In this document: positions 50,960-64,000 of the stretch, one piece after another
How the letters are laid out: each line of letters opens with the position of its first letter
Position numbering within the stretch: the first letter of the stretch is position 1
DNA from: Euprymna scolopes
Taxonomy: Eukaryota
Direction: 5' to 3' (one strand)
Length of the DNA stretch: 64,000 bases
NCBI GenBank assembly: GCA_053919585.1
Contig: CM132818.1
Notes under the pieces: model-generated
Database searches by the model: none
Seen by the model: only the letters and a program-made list of their open reading frames with translations
Told to the model about the DNA's origin: nothing
Position numbers and translations under genes: made by a program

Positions 50960-53900
50960 TATATCTTCAAATATTTATTTAAAGGGTTTAGTTGGGTTGT
51001 TTTGCAGAGAGAAGTTATTTTTGTTTTGTTTGTTTGATGATATGTTTAATTAGAATATCAAACCTCATGAATTCATTTGATGCCAGAAAAAAAACCAAAA
51101 AAAACTTTTCCCTTTTTAATATTTTTGAGAATAGTCTTGTTACTCTCAAAAAGGAGAGAATTTCATCCAAGCAATTGTTTTCAAAGATATTCTTCATATT
51201 GTTAGATTTTAGATACTGTTTTCTAGCGCTATCAAGGACTCTACATTCTACGAAAAGATGTTTGACTGTGCAAGTTTTGCTGCTCTCGTTTAAGTATGAA
51301 GGAGTGCATGAGTTTTGTATGGTCAATATGTATTCTTGATATAATTACTTGTTTATTTTTCTTGATTTTCTAAGAGTTGATCTCCATTCTTCCAGTATGG
51401 GCTTTGATTTGATATAGTTTGTTATTTCATTCTTGCTGCCATTTCGAATAAAATCTTAATTATATCGGGGGTTCAAATTTAGAGCTGATTTGGCTGCTAA
51501 GTCAGCTCTTTCATTTCCTTTTATTCCGATGTGGCTTGGAATCCAGCATATGATTATTTTTTTGTGTTTAGATAATGAGTTGATTCTGTTTTATAGTTTG
51601 ATGATTAGAGAATTTTTGAGTTTTTAATTATTTAGTGAATCTGAAAATATTAGGAATTTCCTGTGCTTATTTTTTTTTCCAAGATATTGAGAGTAAGGTC
51701 GATGGTACATATTTCAGCAGTAAAAGTGGAACTTTCTGCTGGAGGGGCCTTTTTAGAGTTGATCTATTCAAAATGGCAGTGCATGCCACTCTACTGTGGT
51801 CTTTGGAGCGGTCAGTAAAAGTTTGTAAATGGTTAAGGTATTTCAGAAGAATATCACCATTTTTTTTCATGGTAGGTATTAGGGTGGGTTTTCGCTTTTG
51901 AGAGTTCGTTTAATTTTAGTATTACTTTGGGTTTTTGAAGAATCCAAGGTGGAGTTTCAGGTAGGATGTGTTCCTGGATATTTTCAACAGGCATTTCTGA
52001 TTCCTGTAGTATTGATTCCATTTGAAGACTAAAGGGTTTTATAGCTTTTCTTTTTGCTTCAAATGACTCCTTATATCTTGGATTGAATGTAATTTCGTAT
52101 CCTGGATTATTTGGGTGGGCTTTTAATTTAGTGTAATATTGGGCACCCAGTTTGTGACCTCTATGAGATTGGTGCAAAAATGTCATTTTTGATGTTCAAC
52201 AATATATATGTAAACGACATTACCTATTATTTAAAGGAATCTCATTAGCCTCTGCATGAAGACTTTCAACTGGGGTACGTACTAAAAGAACAGAGTGCTA
52301 ATCTCAAGCCTCTATGGCAGATTGGATCTAAAATCTTTAGGTAAGAGTTGTTTGCTGATTTGTATATAAAACTACTGTAACCCAGTTTAGATATAATCAA
52401 TATCTTATATAGTTTCATTTAAGTTTCTTGGTTTGCTCCCCACTCTGTATGAGAGTAGTTGTATTTTAGTGCAACTACTTAGGTTCTTCAGGTGGGGGAT
52501 GAATGTCAGTTGTTTTTTATCAAATATTAATCCCAGAAATTTGTGTTCATCTACAGTGGGACTTACTGTTATTCAGAGTTTCAGTGTAGGATCATTGTGA
52601 AGTTTTCTCTTATGACAAAAATGTATACAGTTTTTGATTGGGAAAATCTATATCCATTTTCTGTTGCCCATTTGTCCAGTTTTTTTAGGCATTGGAGTTT
52701 GCGTTCAATGGTGCGTAGATATTTTGATTTGGAATACACCAGGAGATCATCCACATAAGAATCCCTCGACGCCAGGGTCGAAACATTCACTATGCTGTTC
52801 ATTTTAACATTGAATAGCGTCATGGATAACACGCTTCCTTAAGGGACTCCCTCCTCCTGGCTCATGGTGTCAGAGAAAGTGGATCCAATGCAAACCCTAA
52901 ATTTGCGGTCAGATAAGAATCCCTTTATAAATTGTGGGAGTCTACCTTTTAAAATCAAGATTATGCGAGTCTCTCATTGTTCCATAATTCCATGTAGAGT
53001 CATAAGCTTTCTCTGACTCAAAAACGATTGCTGATAGGTGCTCATTCCCGATAAATGCTTCCCTTATACTAGGTGTACGAGGTGATCAGTTGTACTTTTT
53101 TTTATTACGGAATCCACATTGCAGGTTGGAGGTAAAGTTGTTGGATACAAGATACCAAACCAAATCTTTCATTTATTATTCTCTCCATTATTTTACACAA
53201 ACAGCTGGTTAATGAGATCGATCTATAGTTTTACAGGTTCAAATTCTCTTTACTTGGTTTCAGGATTGCTATTATTGTGGTTTGCCTCCATAAGTTCAGG
53301 AATTCACCTTCTGTCCATAATTTGTTGAATGGATTTCATCTGTGTTGTGAGATCTTTTAATTCGGTTAATGTAAGAAGTTTGTAATCTTTTAGGTTTTTT
53401 TTAATTTAAAATTTAGTTTGTGTTGTTCAGCATTTTGTTTAATTATAAATTTTGCGTTATGGTTTTGATTGGATGAATTTTGGGAAAAGGTTTCAGCTAG
53501 TAAGTCTGCGATGTCCTTTTTATCTGTTACTCTGTAGTTATTTTTAAGGTGTTTAATTGGTGTTGTTTGATGTTTACCTGTAATTTTTCGAATCATCTCC
53601 CATATTTCTCTTGGTTCCAAGGAGGAATTCAGTTTGCTAACAGTTTTTCCAGCATTCTTTTTTAGCTGTCTTGATTATCCAATGAGCTTTAGCTCTGTTT
53701 AGCTTGTATTCAATCAGATTTAAAGTTGTGGGTTGTTTCTGGAATTTCTTCAAAGCCATTTTTCACAATTTGATGACTTCCCGACATTTATCAAACCAGG
53801 GTCTCTCAAGCCTGTTAAGTACTGAGGTTTTAGAGATGCATTTGTTTGCTGTTTCGATTAATGTTTCTGTAAAATATTCTACCGAGTCGTCGTTTGTGTG

Positions 53901-54420
53901 ATTCAGAATATTCCTATATTTTTCTTTGAATATTTGCCAATTTACCTTATTTAGTTTCCATCGGGGAGATTTTTCACTGTTGGATTCTATCAGTATTGGA
54001 AAACGATCGCTGCCACAATTGTCATATACAAAAGTATCAATGTTAACTGTATTGATGGGTAATATAAGCTTAGGTCAATGACTGAGTGGTTTCCGCTACT
54101 TGGGTTGAAGCGTGTAAGTGCACCATCATTAAAGAATCATCATTTTTGTTAATAAACTCTTACAATGTTTTACCCTTTTTATTAATGTCTTTGCATCCCC
54201 ACAGGATGTTGTGACTATTGGAATCCCCTAATAAGATAAAAGGTTTAGGTAATTGGTCAATCAGTTTTTTCAATTCATTTTTATCCATGTCATCATTTGG
54301 TGGGATATACAATAAGCATACCATCATTGTTTTATGTAGAGTGGTGTTAATGATCTGCGGTTTGAATCATGCAGCTGGCTTGAATGGTTATCTCTATATT
54401 GATGTTTCTATAAGGATGAA
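50960..54420 (-). mobile_element. Degenerate I-group (Nimb/Ingi-like) LINE: endonuclease-RT-RNase H-CCHC
   Basis: GDSNSHNILWG and SDRFPI (APE), IWEMIRKI..DIADLLAETF, YVDD, FTDRSK and WIPSHIGIKGNERAD (RNase H), TVKHLFVEC; many frameshifts. Confidence 0.85.
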
Positions 54421-54717
54421 ACATACGTAGATAACAATAAAATATCTATAAGTACATATAAATGCACACATTTAAAAACTATCTCTAGTTAAAGATTGTA
54501 AAAAAAAAAGAATTAAAATAAAAGATCCCGAAACAGGCATAAAATATTAATGCCAACACTCTGCTACTCCTTTTCCTAAGAGATACAATTCAGAATTGCT
54601 AATCTAATTCTTTGTTAGTTTGATAGAAAGGGGGAGAGAACTTCTGAACACCCTATTTATCTTATAGCATTGTCTGTAAATAAAGATCGTTCAGAGAAAA
54701 AAAAAAAAAAACCTTAC

Positions 54718-54931
54718 CTGCAAAAAGCAGCACAAAGATAACAATTAATTGGTATATAGCATGACCTATAATATTTTTCATCATGGTTCTAGAAATGAGG
54801 GCTTTAGTTCTTCCATAAGGTTTTCTCATCAGCAATTCTTCACTTGGCAATTCTGTTGCAAGAGCAAGGGATGCCAAGGTATCCATAATAAGGTTCACCC
54901 ATAACATCTGGATAGCTTTCAGAGGACTGTC
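54718..54931 (-). CDS. PMCA: PMCA exon: [27 protein letters not shown]...[11 protein letters not shown] (TM6-TM7)
   Basis: [13 protein letters not shown]6 Ca2+-site motif; ttacag|G acceptor, CAG|gtaagg donor; 214 nt, ends in phase 1. Confidence 0.98.
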
Positions 54932-55169
54932 CTGTAAAGATGAGAGGAGTGAAAATACATGGAAGATGAAAATAGATCAGGAAAATATTAAAAATGTCAA
55001 ATTTTAAAAGATTGCACATCATGAACATTAAGTACTCATCTCCTGTGGACAAAGTTATATCTATATGGTTTCTCAAGAGATGGATATGCAATTTGAACAA
55101 TCGTACAAGGCTACAATTTTACATTAAGAGAATGTTACTTTGCTGAAACAAAGACATTCATTTTTAATG

Positions 55170-55675
55170 GAGTAATTGAAAAGCAAGGAACCGCTCAAAG
55201 CACCCTATCCTCTCTTGACAAAGTCCAAAACTAAGTTTGAAACGTAGTAGGTGATGGCCTTTTCTCCTTATAACCTCTTTTCCATTAAAGAGATGTGAAC
55301 TGGTCACTGCTCTACTGTTATTTTTACGGTAAATGCTCACATACACAAAAAAAACAAAAAAAAAAAAAACACGTTCATCTAATTGCAACCACTATCTCCC
55401 ACTTCCTATCAGTGCCTAAATCTATATGCAAATTTCATAAACAAAGCCTTTTTCCTATAACTGCCAGAAACTAATCTGCTGACTACAATATGGTTATCTC
55501 CAAGTCCAATGTAAACAAGTTCTTGTTGAGCCATTCCGTTAAATAATCAAATTATATCCAATTTCCATGATTAACGATTACAATGTTGTGTAGATTACCA
55601 CTGTACGTTGATTAACTAGTATCCGAGTGGCTTTCAGGCTTTGATAATTGAGGATTCCCCTCGTAAAAAGAAAAA
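55170..55675 (+). mobile_element. Degenerate LINE 3' fragment, related to the 41.7-43.9 kb LINE
   Basis: Similar to the end of the RT ORF and 3' UTR (gagtggct...gataa), A-rich tail. Confidence 0.6.
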
Positions 55676-55991
55676 AAATTATCCTTATTTTAATCATGAC
55701 AGTATGACTAAACTTAGCTAAATAATATTTTGTTGGTACATGTTCAAAATAAGAACGAAAATAGTCACAAAACTGAATTTCTATAAAAACCAATGTTATC
55801 TACTTAATTGCCACATTGTAATTAGTAACATATTACTTTGATATTACATTAAACACAATGTACTTCTACGATTTTATGATGCATTGATCTGCCATTATTA
55901 TTCTTGAAATGTAATTTAAACAAGAGAAGTAACTCAGTTTGAATTCTAAGAAAACTTTGCAATTTATTTTGAAAGCAATTTTTATTAATAA

Positions 55992-56496
55992 CTAGCGGGG
56001 GATACCCGACGTTGCCCGGGTGTTTGGAGGTGTGTGTGTAGTAAAAAAACAAAAACAAAAAACGTTAAAAGAAAAAGAAAGTTTTAGTAGGAAGGTAGGA
56101 TTGAACCCCGAAGCCTTGACGCGAAAGTGGAAACGAAAGGGGAAAAAAGCCAGTCACCTAACCATCTCAGTCACGAGGGAGAGGAACTGATAAGGGCGTT
56201 ATATGAAGGTTTATGAAGCGAAATAAACAGGTGCGAGGAAGTGGCGTGGTGTCTGACCTAGTTTTGCGCTGCAAGCCAGATCATTTGCTTTCGCTTTTCG
56301 AAGACACGGCGAGCTGATAAAATTTGGGCTAATTAAATACACACGCGACCCCTGTTGTTAAGTCGTCGTTATGATTTAGGCGCGATATAAAAAGTTTTAA
56401 GTATGAGCGAGCCTACACAGAAGGCCGAGGAAAAAACCCTTTTGCGGACATACACGAAAACGCACACACAAACATTTTCGCTTTTATATATATAGA
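55992..56496 (-). mobile_element. Non-autonomous Helitron
   Basis: Minus strand reads A|TCTATATA...CCCGGGCAACGTCGGG hairpin...CTAG|T, no TSD; empty paralogous site at 37927/37928. Confidence 0.88.
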
Positions 56497-57519
56497 TTAA
56501 TTTTCTACTTTATCATTCTTTTTTTGTAAATTTTTGACATTTTACTAATTTTGGCATGACAATTAAGTAAATACTATTGATTTTAATAAAAATTCAATAG
56601 TTTGATTTTTGTTCTTATTCTAAACAAGTTCCATTTTTGTTTTTACATATTGAATATGGAAACTAATCAAATGCAGATGCATGTGCAAATATACAAGAAA
56701 TTCTTTTGCGATGTGTATGCACTTTAGTTGATTTGCATTGTTAATGGTGCCTCGACTAAAAAACATACGTCATGAGGAAATTGTAATGTTTTTTATCAAA
56801 TATATTTTGAAAATTAAATTCAAGGTGGCTTCTTCAATTCTGCTGTATTCGACAAAAGATCCAGTAAAACCTTCACTCTGAATTTTGAGAATACACTCAT
56901 TATTAGGCAAGATATGTTTTTCCTTTTCAAAAAGTGTCACGTCTGTCTACTTGTAGTTGTATTAGCATTGTCTATTCTGATCTTACCTAAAAATGATTTC
57001 TTTCTAATTTTAATTTTTTTTTTAGTTTTATTTGGTAAAATTTATAGTGTAAATTTGAATTCCATAACTTTTACCAGTAATTTGTTCCATTTTGGTTTTA
57101 GTTTGATATATGGAATTCTGAAGTTCTGGTCAAGTCTTCACTGCTGATTTGCCTATTGAGTCAATGCTGTGATTCTCATGAATTCCGGTACTGCTTGCAG
57201 CAGAATATAATCTTTTTAGTGTAGCTTGTAGAATTTAATTTATTTAGGATTTTGATAAGAGGATTATTCAATTTTCCAATTTTAATAGCGAGTAGGACAG
57301 AGTGGGAATTTGAGCGCATGATGAATCAGTTGATGCTGCTAACCACAACCATCTATCTAGATCTACTGCAGAAATTTTGGCAGTAATTATAGAGGATCTT
57401 AAGGTATTTTTGGACAAAGTTGTGTACTGCTCCACATATCACACCACTCAATAAGTCTTTAGCCACTAAAAAAACTTTACAGTAAAATTCGACTTCATTT
57501 ATAAACAGTCTCTTAGGGT

Positions 57520-58560
57520 GATATACTGATTTTAATGCTTCTAACAATTTGGTGCCTCTTTTTGTAGAATAATTTGTCCTTTGCTTTAAAAAATATCTTC
57601 TTCCTTGGAGCCAAATCTTTCACTGGAATACTTTTTTTTAAAGGTCTATAAACAGACAACACTTTCTAAGGGCCAGATCTGGAGAATAAAGTAAGTGTAG
57701 AAGCAATCCATAGTGCAATTCATGCAGTTGTGTGTTATTTTGATCAACTTTTGACAAGGTGCATTTTCTTGGTAGAAGAGTTTTTTTTTTTGTCTTCATT
57801 AGTGGTAGATTTTTGGAGACTTATTCAAATGCTACATAATGTTCTATCGTTTTTCCTTTTTTCAAGTAACTAATAAACAAAATATCTTGCGCATTACAAA
57901 ATACTGAGGCCAAAACCTTGACTGCTGATATTTGCATCTTTGAACGACTCACTTTCTGCTGTCCACTCAGCTGATTATCGATTTGACTCTGGAAGGAAGT
58001 GGTGGATCCATGTTTCATCCATGGTCACATAGATACAAAAACTCCTTTGCGGCATTAAAATAGTAATAAAGAATGCATTGTGGTTGTTGCTTTTGATTGA
58101 CTGTGAGCAAACACAGCCTCCACTCTGAACACAGCCTTTTCATTGACAAATGTTCATGCAACATAAGGAATACACTTTCATCTTCTCTTCAACTCTTGAT
58201 ATTTCACATAACTTAAATTTATAAGTATGTAAGCTTTTATTTAATGTTTTTTTGGTACAACTACAACTGCCAAATTTAGTCGACCTGAATGATCAGCATC
58301 ATTTATATCTGTACAGCCACATTTAAAGTTAGCATACGACTTCTTAACCACTGTTTCCAAATGCAGCAGAGTTCGAAAAGTACTTCGGTGTTTGAACAGT
58401 ATTTTTCCCATCAGAAAGCAATGTTTTACCAACATACCAAATCCATGTGTTTATAAAATCTTCAACACATTTCGGTTTCCAAAATTTGCAACAATAGCTT
58501 CACTTTAATAACTGCAATTTGTAAATTAATAATCCAATTAAACTAAATTTTGACATGTGC
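57520..58560 (-). mobile_element. Degenerate mariner transposase (irritans/Himar1-like)
   Basis: LVKHCFLMGK, DADHSGR, MDETWIHH, KVLASVF..ILFISYLKKGKTI and YSPDLA remnants. Confidence 0.85.
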
Positions 58561-60642
58561 CATTTGAAGGTTAGTACTTTATAAAAATCATGGATTTTTT
58601 TGTTGAATTCTCATTCATAAGTAACTTAATAATGCAATTGGATAGTAATTTTCTAGATTGGTGCTATTTTTCACTTATTATGGGTATTTTAGTTTTAGTT
58701 TTCTTTCTACTCATTTAATGTAATTTTTTCCTTGTCCAAGAGTCAGAATTTTTTTAATCCATTTTTATTTCACGAGTTCACTTTCCAATCCTCGCAGTCG
58801 AATAGGTCAATTATGTCTGAATTCTACTTAGCACAGTTTTATCTGATTACTTGCTTACAGGTTTTCTTTGGCCAGCTAACTTTCTTGAGATTCAAAATAT
58901 CCATGCCTCTGCAAGGGGGGGATGAATGCTTTACATAACTGTACCATAATTTTAAGAATTTACCATTTATCCAAACATTGTTAATAATGGTTAGAAAATA
59001 ATCCAGTAATTTTAACGGAAGGTAGCTGTGTAACAGAAAATGACACGTGCAAATGATCGAGCCAGAGCGTGAAATGATGTCACATTGGAGGGAAAGAAAA
59101 ATGTACCACGTGGGAGGAGCAGAAAAAGTGGGTGCTAGCGGAAGAAAAGTGTGGCGGTGCGAGACTTTAAAACCTGTGTTGAGATAAAAGGGTTATGTTA
59201 ACTACATGGCAGACAAGATGAACAAAGAATTTAAAGCAAGATGTAATGTGTTAGTTTAGAAAGGAACATGGATAAATGCCTTCCATTTTAACTGAAAAAG
59301 ACAAATTTCTTTCCTTGTAAGTGTCTCAGACAATGTGTTGGGTCCGAAGTGGATTTCATCTAGACAATCATTGAATGGTTTCTATTAGTTCTCATGATAC
59401 AATCAGATTGTTTTCAGTTATCCAATTTGAAATTTAGTTTGTGTTCAGAATTTAAGAAATGTTGATGAGAATTCTTAAGAGAGGAATCTTTTACTTGCTT
59501 CCATTTTGTTTTAGTGAGAAGTGGGTTCAGTTTTCCCACTGATTCTCCACATTCTGTTTTGGTGAAGGAGTTAAGTTTGTTCACATAGTTCTGCCAATAT
59601 TACTTATTTGTTGCTTTAGCTCTGTGTAATATGAAAGAGTTTTAATTGTGAGATCATTAATTTTGTACACAACGAATATCGGTTTTGCAATAATCATGGA
59701 ATTAGGAGCTACTATGTCTTTTTTGAGAGCGCAACTAACTTTATTAAATAGATTGAATTGATCACAATCTGACTCCTAGAAAAGTATGATTTTTCAAGTT
59801 ATCATGATACAAACCTTAAATAATCTCCCTATGAATTAATCATACCGTTTCATAAATTGCAATCCACTTTTGATGTGTTATTAAGTACATTTAATACCAA
59901 TAAAAACTGAAAAACTCATCAGATTTTGGTATTTAAGATATTACAAGCAAACCAGACTGCGGTGGACAGCAACAAATGTTTTATGTCAGTTTTTCATGCA
60001 GTTCGATCCATATGGTTGATATCAATCGTGTTGCACGCATCAAGTCACTTCAGATGCACTCGTACTAGGCTTTCCCTAATGTTCCACATACTCTTTCGTC
60101 AGAACTATCTATGCATGTTATTGAGATGATGCAGAAAATGGCATGCTGTACATGGCTAAACCACCACAGCCGCCAAACATGTAAGGCATAAAAAATTTCA
60201 CTAATAACAAGCTTCTGATAGAAAATGACTTAAAGGATTCTTTACTTGAGATCCATCCGAGCGTAGCAGGGTCATTAAGCTGAAGCAAATCAGAAACGTT
60301 TAGGGCCATGTCTCACTGCAATACAAGATGGTGAAGGGGACAAGCTGAAAGAAGGACTAGCAACAGCTTCTTCAACTTTCCCCAAGCAACACAACAGCAA
60401 CTTTCCCCAAGCAACACAACAGCAACCAGTGATAGCATGTTCGCAACCACCATCAGTATTTTACATGTTGCCCAGATAGCAAAAAGGTAGTTTCAACATC
60501 AAGTGAGGAGCTATCCACATCCATAAGTGTCACTGCTTGTCCAACTATAATATGGCATAGATGAAAAGTATATAAATTCTGGATGGCAAGTGATGAAACT
60601 CATTTTACACAATCTTTATTTAGAATGAAGAAGAGCTAATCA

Positions 60643-60864
<222 letters not shown>

Positions 60865-60995
60865 CTAAAAAGAAAAAAAAATTAGAAAACTTATTTTCAA
60901 TCAACTGTTGTACAGAAAACCAAAAATGGTGGTCAATTAAGTATAAAGCCTGCTTCCAAGAGCCCAGGATATTTTAATCTATATTTTATAGTCAA

Positions 60996-61547
60996 CTAGC
61001 AGGGACACCTGACCGTTGCCTGTGATTGAATGATAATGAATTTGCATATTTTTTTTTGTCATGGAAATCTATGAAACTGCCCATTTTTCAATCAAATCAA
61101 TTGATTGCCTGCCATTGTAGTCTACATTGCACTGTAGAGAACCTACAATTGATTTTATAAAATTATTATATATAATGACTTAAATTAAAGTTTAAAATGC
61201 AAAAGTCAAATATCATGGTCCAATTGTGCTCTAACAAGAAACATTCATTTAGTTGATATCAAAGAACTTTCGGCTTGTGTGGTAATAAAACTTCTCAAAT
61301 GCACTTGTGACGTTAGGCGTTATAAGATGTTAACTGATCAAAATTGGTTGTTCTTTCTTTCATTGGATTATTTCGATTATCGATACTTATCGAAGACATT
61401 CTGATACAAAACCTATCTAAGAACACTGCCAAATACATAAAGTACATATTTGAGAAATTTTATAAAAATTTCTCCCAGCCGTCTCTGAGTGCATAAGGAA
61501 CTCTCTCTCTCTTACACACACACAATGTTCTTTTTATATAATAGAGA
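60996..61547 (-). mobile_element. Non-autonomous Helitron (older copy)
   Basis: 5' A|TC..ATATAAAAAG and 3' degenerate hairpin + CTAG|T. Confidence 0.65.
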
Positions 61548-62822
61548 TAAAGATTAGATTTTTTTTTTTTTTTAAGAACAATATCATACCCCTCCCCTAT
61601 TGTGTAGGATGCACCATGGTCATTTTGTTTTGGAGGAGAGGCAGCATTCTCTGCTCACGCGTCATGGGGCAACCTACCAAAGATGGTAACAATGTTTATT
61701 AGATCCAGGATTGAGGTTGCCATGGAAAAAATGTTCAGACATTGTTTAGACATATCTTCAACTTATCCATTGACATAACTTTCTGATCTTTGTATTTTTG
61801 CCAATAAATTTGATTTTTAAGCTTTACATAGAAAGAATCTTTGTTTTACAGCACATTAGCCCTTTTTGCAGATTATTTTAAGTTGAATACCATAACTTTG
61901 GGGGGGGGAAAGCTTTTATGCTTCAAGTTTTTGTTATATATTAAAATATTTATTTATGATGCTTAGTTTAGTTGTTTTGTAGAGAAAAATTGTTTTGCAA
62001 ATAGAAAGGAAATAAAAAAACAAAAAACAATAACATCAATGTTTGGTGCATTTAAGTCAGGAAGCCAATATCTTTAGACAACCTGATCTGATAGAACCAG
62101 ATCCTAGGTAAGAAGCATCATACTTCATATGTTATCTAATGGTTCATGTATTCCAATGACCAAAGAAAAAATTCAATCCCAAATCATTTATTCCAGTGAA
62201 TGCTTATATTTTTCCCCATTCTGCCTTAACGCATATTTCACAACCAGCATGGAATAGTATAGTGTTTAGTTTAACAAGCTGCTCATCAGAGTGTTATTTA
62301 ATAATAAAAAACAAGCACACCATTAAAATATATTATCAGGCAACTAAAAGAATAAAATACACTGCACTGAAAAACCTATAAACAGGGTTTGTACAGATTT
62401 TCGATGCTCATTTTCAAGACTTTTTCAAAGCCTTCTCCAGTTCCAAGTTTCAAAACCAAATTTGATATAGAAACAATGATATAAAACCAAAAAACTTTGA
62501 CAAAAAAACATTTTAGACCAAAAGTAAAAAAAAAAAAAAAAAAAAAAATTGACTAATCACAAAGCCCACATTGTTCCCTGACAAATCTGTTTCTAGCGAC
62601 TCCCAAAGAGGCAATTCTTTAAAAAGACTATATCAGTTTTGTGGATGTATCTTATGTAGTTTCTGATCTTTATCCAAAGATACACACACCTGCCTTTTAT
62701 ATAATAGATTAGTCATTTATGTTTTTATAATTTATATTCAAGAAATGCATTCCATATTATTAAAAAAAAATTATTTTTAAATGGAGTATTATACAATATT
62801 ATGAAGTCAAGAAAATTCTTAC

Positions 62823-63017
62823 CATAGCAAATCCAACATCAGCTTTTTTCAGTGCTGGCCCATCATTTGTTCCATCTCCTGTGACAGCTACTACTTCTCT
62901 GTTCTCTGAAATTCGGCTGTCAATGATCCCTTTCACTAAGGTATATTTATCTTGTGGGGAGGAACGAGCTAACACTCTCATGTTTGGCCACACTTCATCA
63001 AAAAGTTCTTGTTTAAC
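62823..63017 (-). CDS. PMCA: PMCA exon: [30 protein letters not shown]...[23 protein letters not shown]
   Basis: [16 protein letters not shown] hinge motif; acceptor tttcag|G, donor ATG|gtaaga; 195 nt, phase 0-0. Confidence 0.98.
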
Positions 63018-63838
63018 CTGAAATCAAGGGAGGTAATAAACAAATGAAACACAAAAAGACAAAAACAGACAACTTTTAATATCAATTATCTTAATCAGAA
63101 GTAGTCCTAAAAGCACTCACGAAAGATTTTTATAGCTATGGATGATCCAAACAACTATTCCTCTCCAACTCTCTTGAAAACTACTCTGGTCTAATAATTA
63201 ATAATGCTGATTCAGCAGTAACAATGGACGTATAAGCATAGAATATAGATTTATATATGTTTAGACAAATTTCTGTAAATACATTAGATAAATAAAATTA
63301 TGTATATTTAGAATTAAACCTATTTAAAAAAAAAAAAAAAAAAAAACTAAATTGCAGAAAAATCTGTGAATGAAGATGTCAAATTCCAAAAATCACAAAT
63401 TGATAGAGTAGTCTTGTTTTTATTTAAGGAAATCAAAATTTACAATTTTAGCAATTAATAATTAATAAACTAAATCTCGGTAGTCAACCTGACTCATCTC
63501 CTTTGATTTCTAACACATTCTAAAACATGGTGGCTCTTGTCCCTCTCATCATAAATTTTATTTTCTTAGATAAAAATACTACTGGATCAAATTACATGAT
63601 TTCTGGAATATGACATCTTTGTTCCATGATGAGTACATACATCAAAGTTTTTTTTTTTAAATTAGGTTGAACTCTAAAAACCATTTATATATGTATATAT
63701 TATATAGAATGTAAATTTAAAATTTAAATAGTGTCAGCAGTGAAAGGTCTTCAAGATTAGATTTATTATCTGAATAATTTTCTTATTAATGAAAATATTT
63801 TAATAACATTTGTAGAGAGAGGAAATTCTTTTACAAAC

Positions 63839-64000
63839 CTCTCCTGTGGCTGGGTCTCTAATTCTTCGGTTGAATTCTCGTCCTTCTATAACGAGGAAAT
63901 CATCACCAGGGCGTAGGATACCACACTTGGCTGCAATCGATCGCGCTGTGTTTACGTTGTCCCCCGTAACCATTCGTACAGTGATTCCTGCAAGCTGACA
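63839..64000 (-). CDS. PMCA: PMCA exon (partial, continues beyond window): [54 protein letters not shown]
   Basis: Hand translation gives the P-type ATPase VRMVTGDN motif and PMCA-like EGREFNRRI; donor GAG|gtttgt at 63838; phase 0. Confidence 0.97.

Noticed and set aside
59200-60600. Possible LTR-retrotransposon pol remnant
   Set aside because: Too degenerate to read any diagnostic motif by eye

Overview
AT-rich, intron-dominated animal genomic DNA (invertebrate; the repeat content suggests a mollusc, possibly a cephalopod, but this is an inference). The window holds the 3' half of a plasma-membrane Ca2+-ATPase (PMCA/ATP2B, P2B-type) gene on the minus strand. Seven constitutive exons with canonical GT-AG sites and consistent phases (63839-64000, 62823-63017, 60673-60864, 54718-54931, 49577-49794, 45216-45323, 35371-35556) run from the TGD/hinge region to the first half of the calmodulin-binding domain. 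A ~29-kb intron at the equivalent of splice site C follows, then two alternative last exons (6175-6570 ending ETSI* and 4430-4606 ending DTSI*; the second is absent from the ORF track), with further candidate exons inside the long intron. The introns are packed with mobile elements: a young 5'-truncated LINE with an intact 680-aa RT ORF nested in a MITE, degenerate RNase H-bearing and RTE-type LINEs, mariner and hAT remnants, non-autonomous Helitrons, SINEs including a 5S rRNA-derived one, foldbacks and a 29-bp minisatellite. The most unusual object is a 466-bp insertion (23588-24053) with a 13-bp TSD. It is made of two ~180-bp inverted arms, each carrying a minimal type-I hammerhead-ribozyme-like motif typical of Penelope-like retroelements, and only the copy in the PMCA sense orientation has an intact core.
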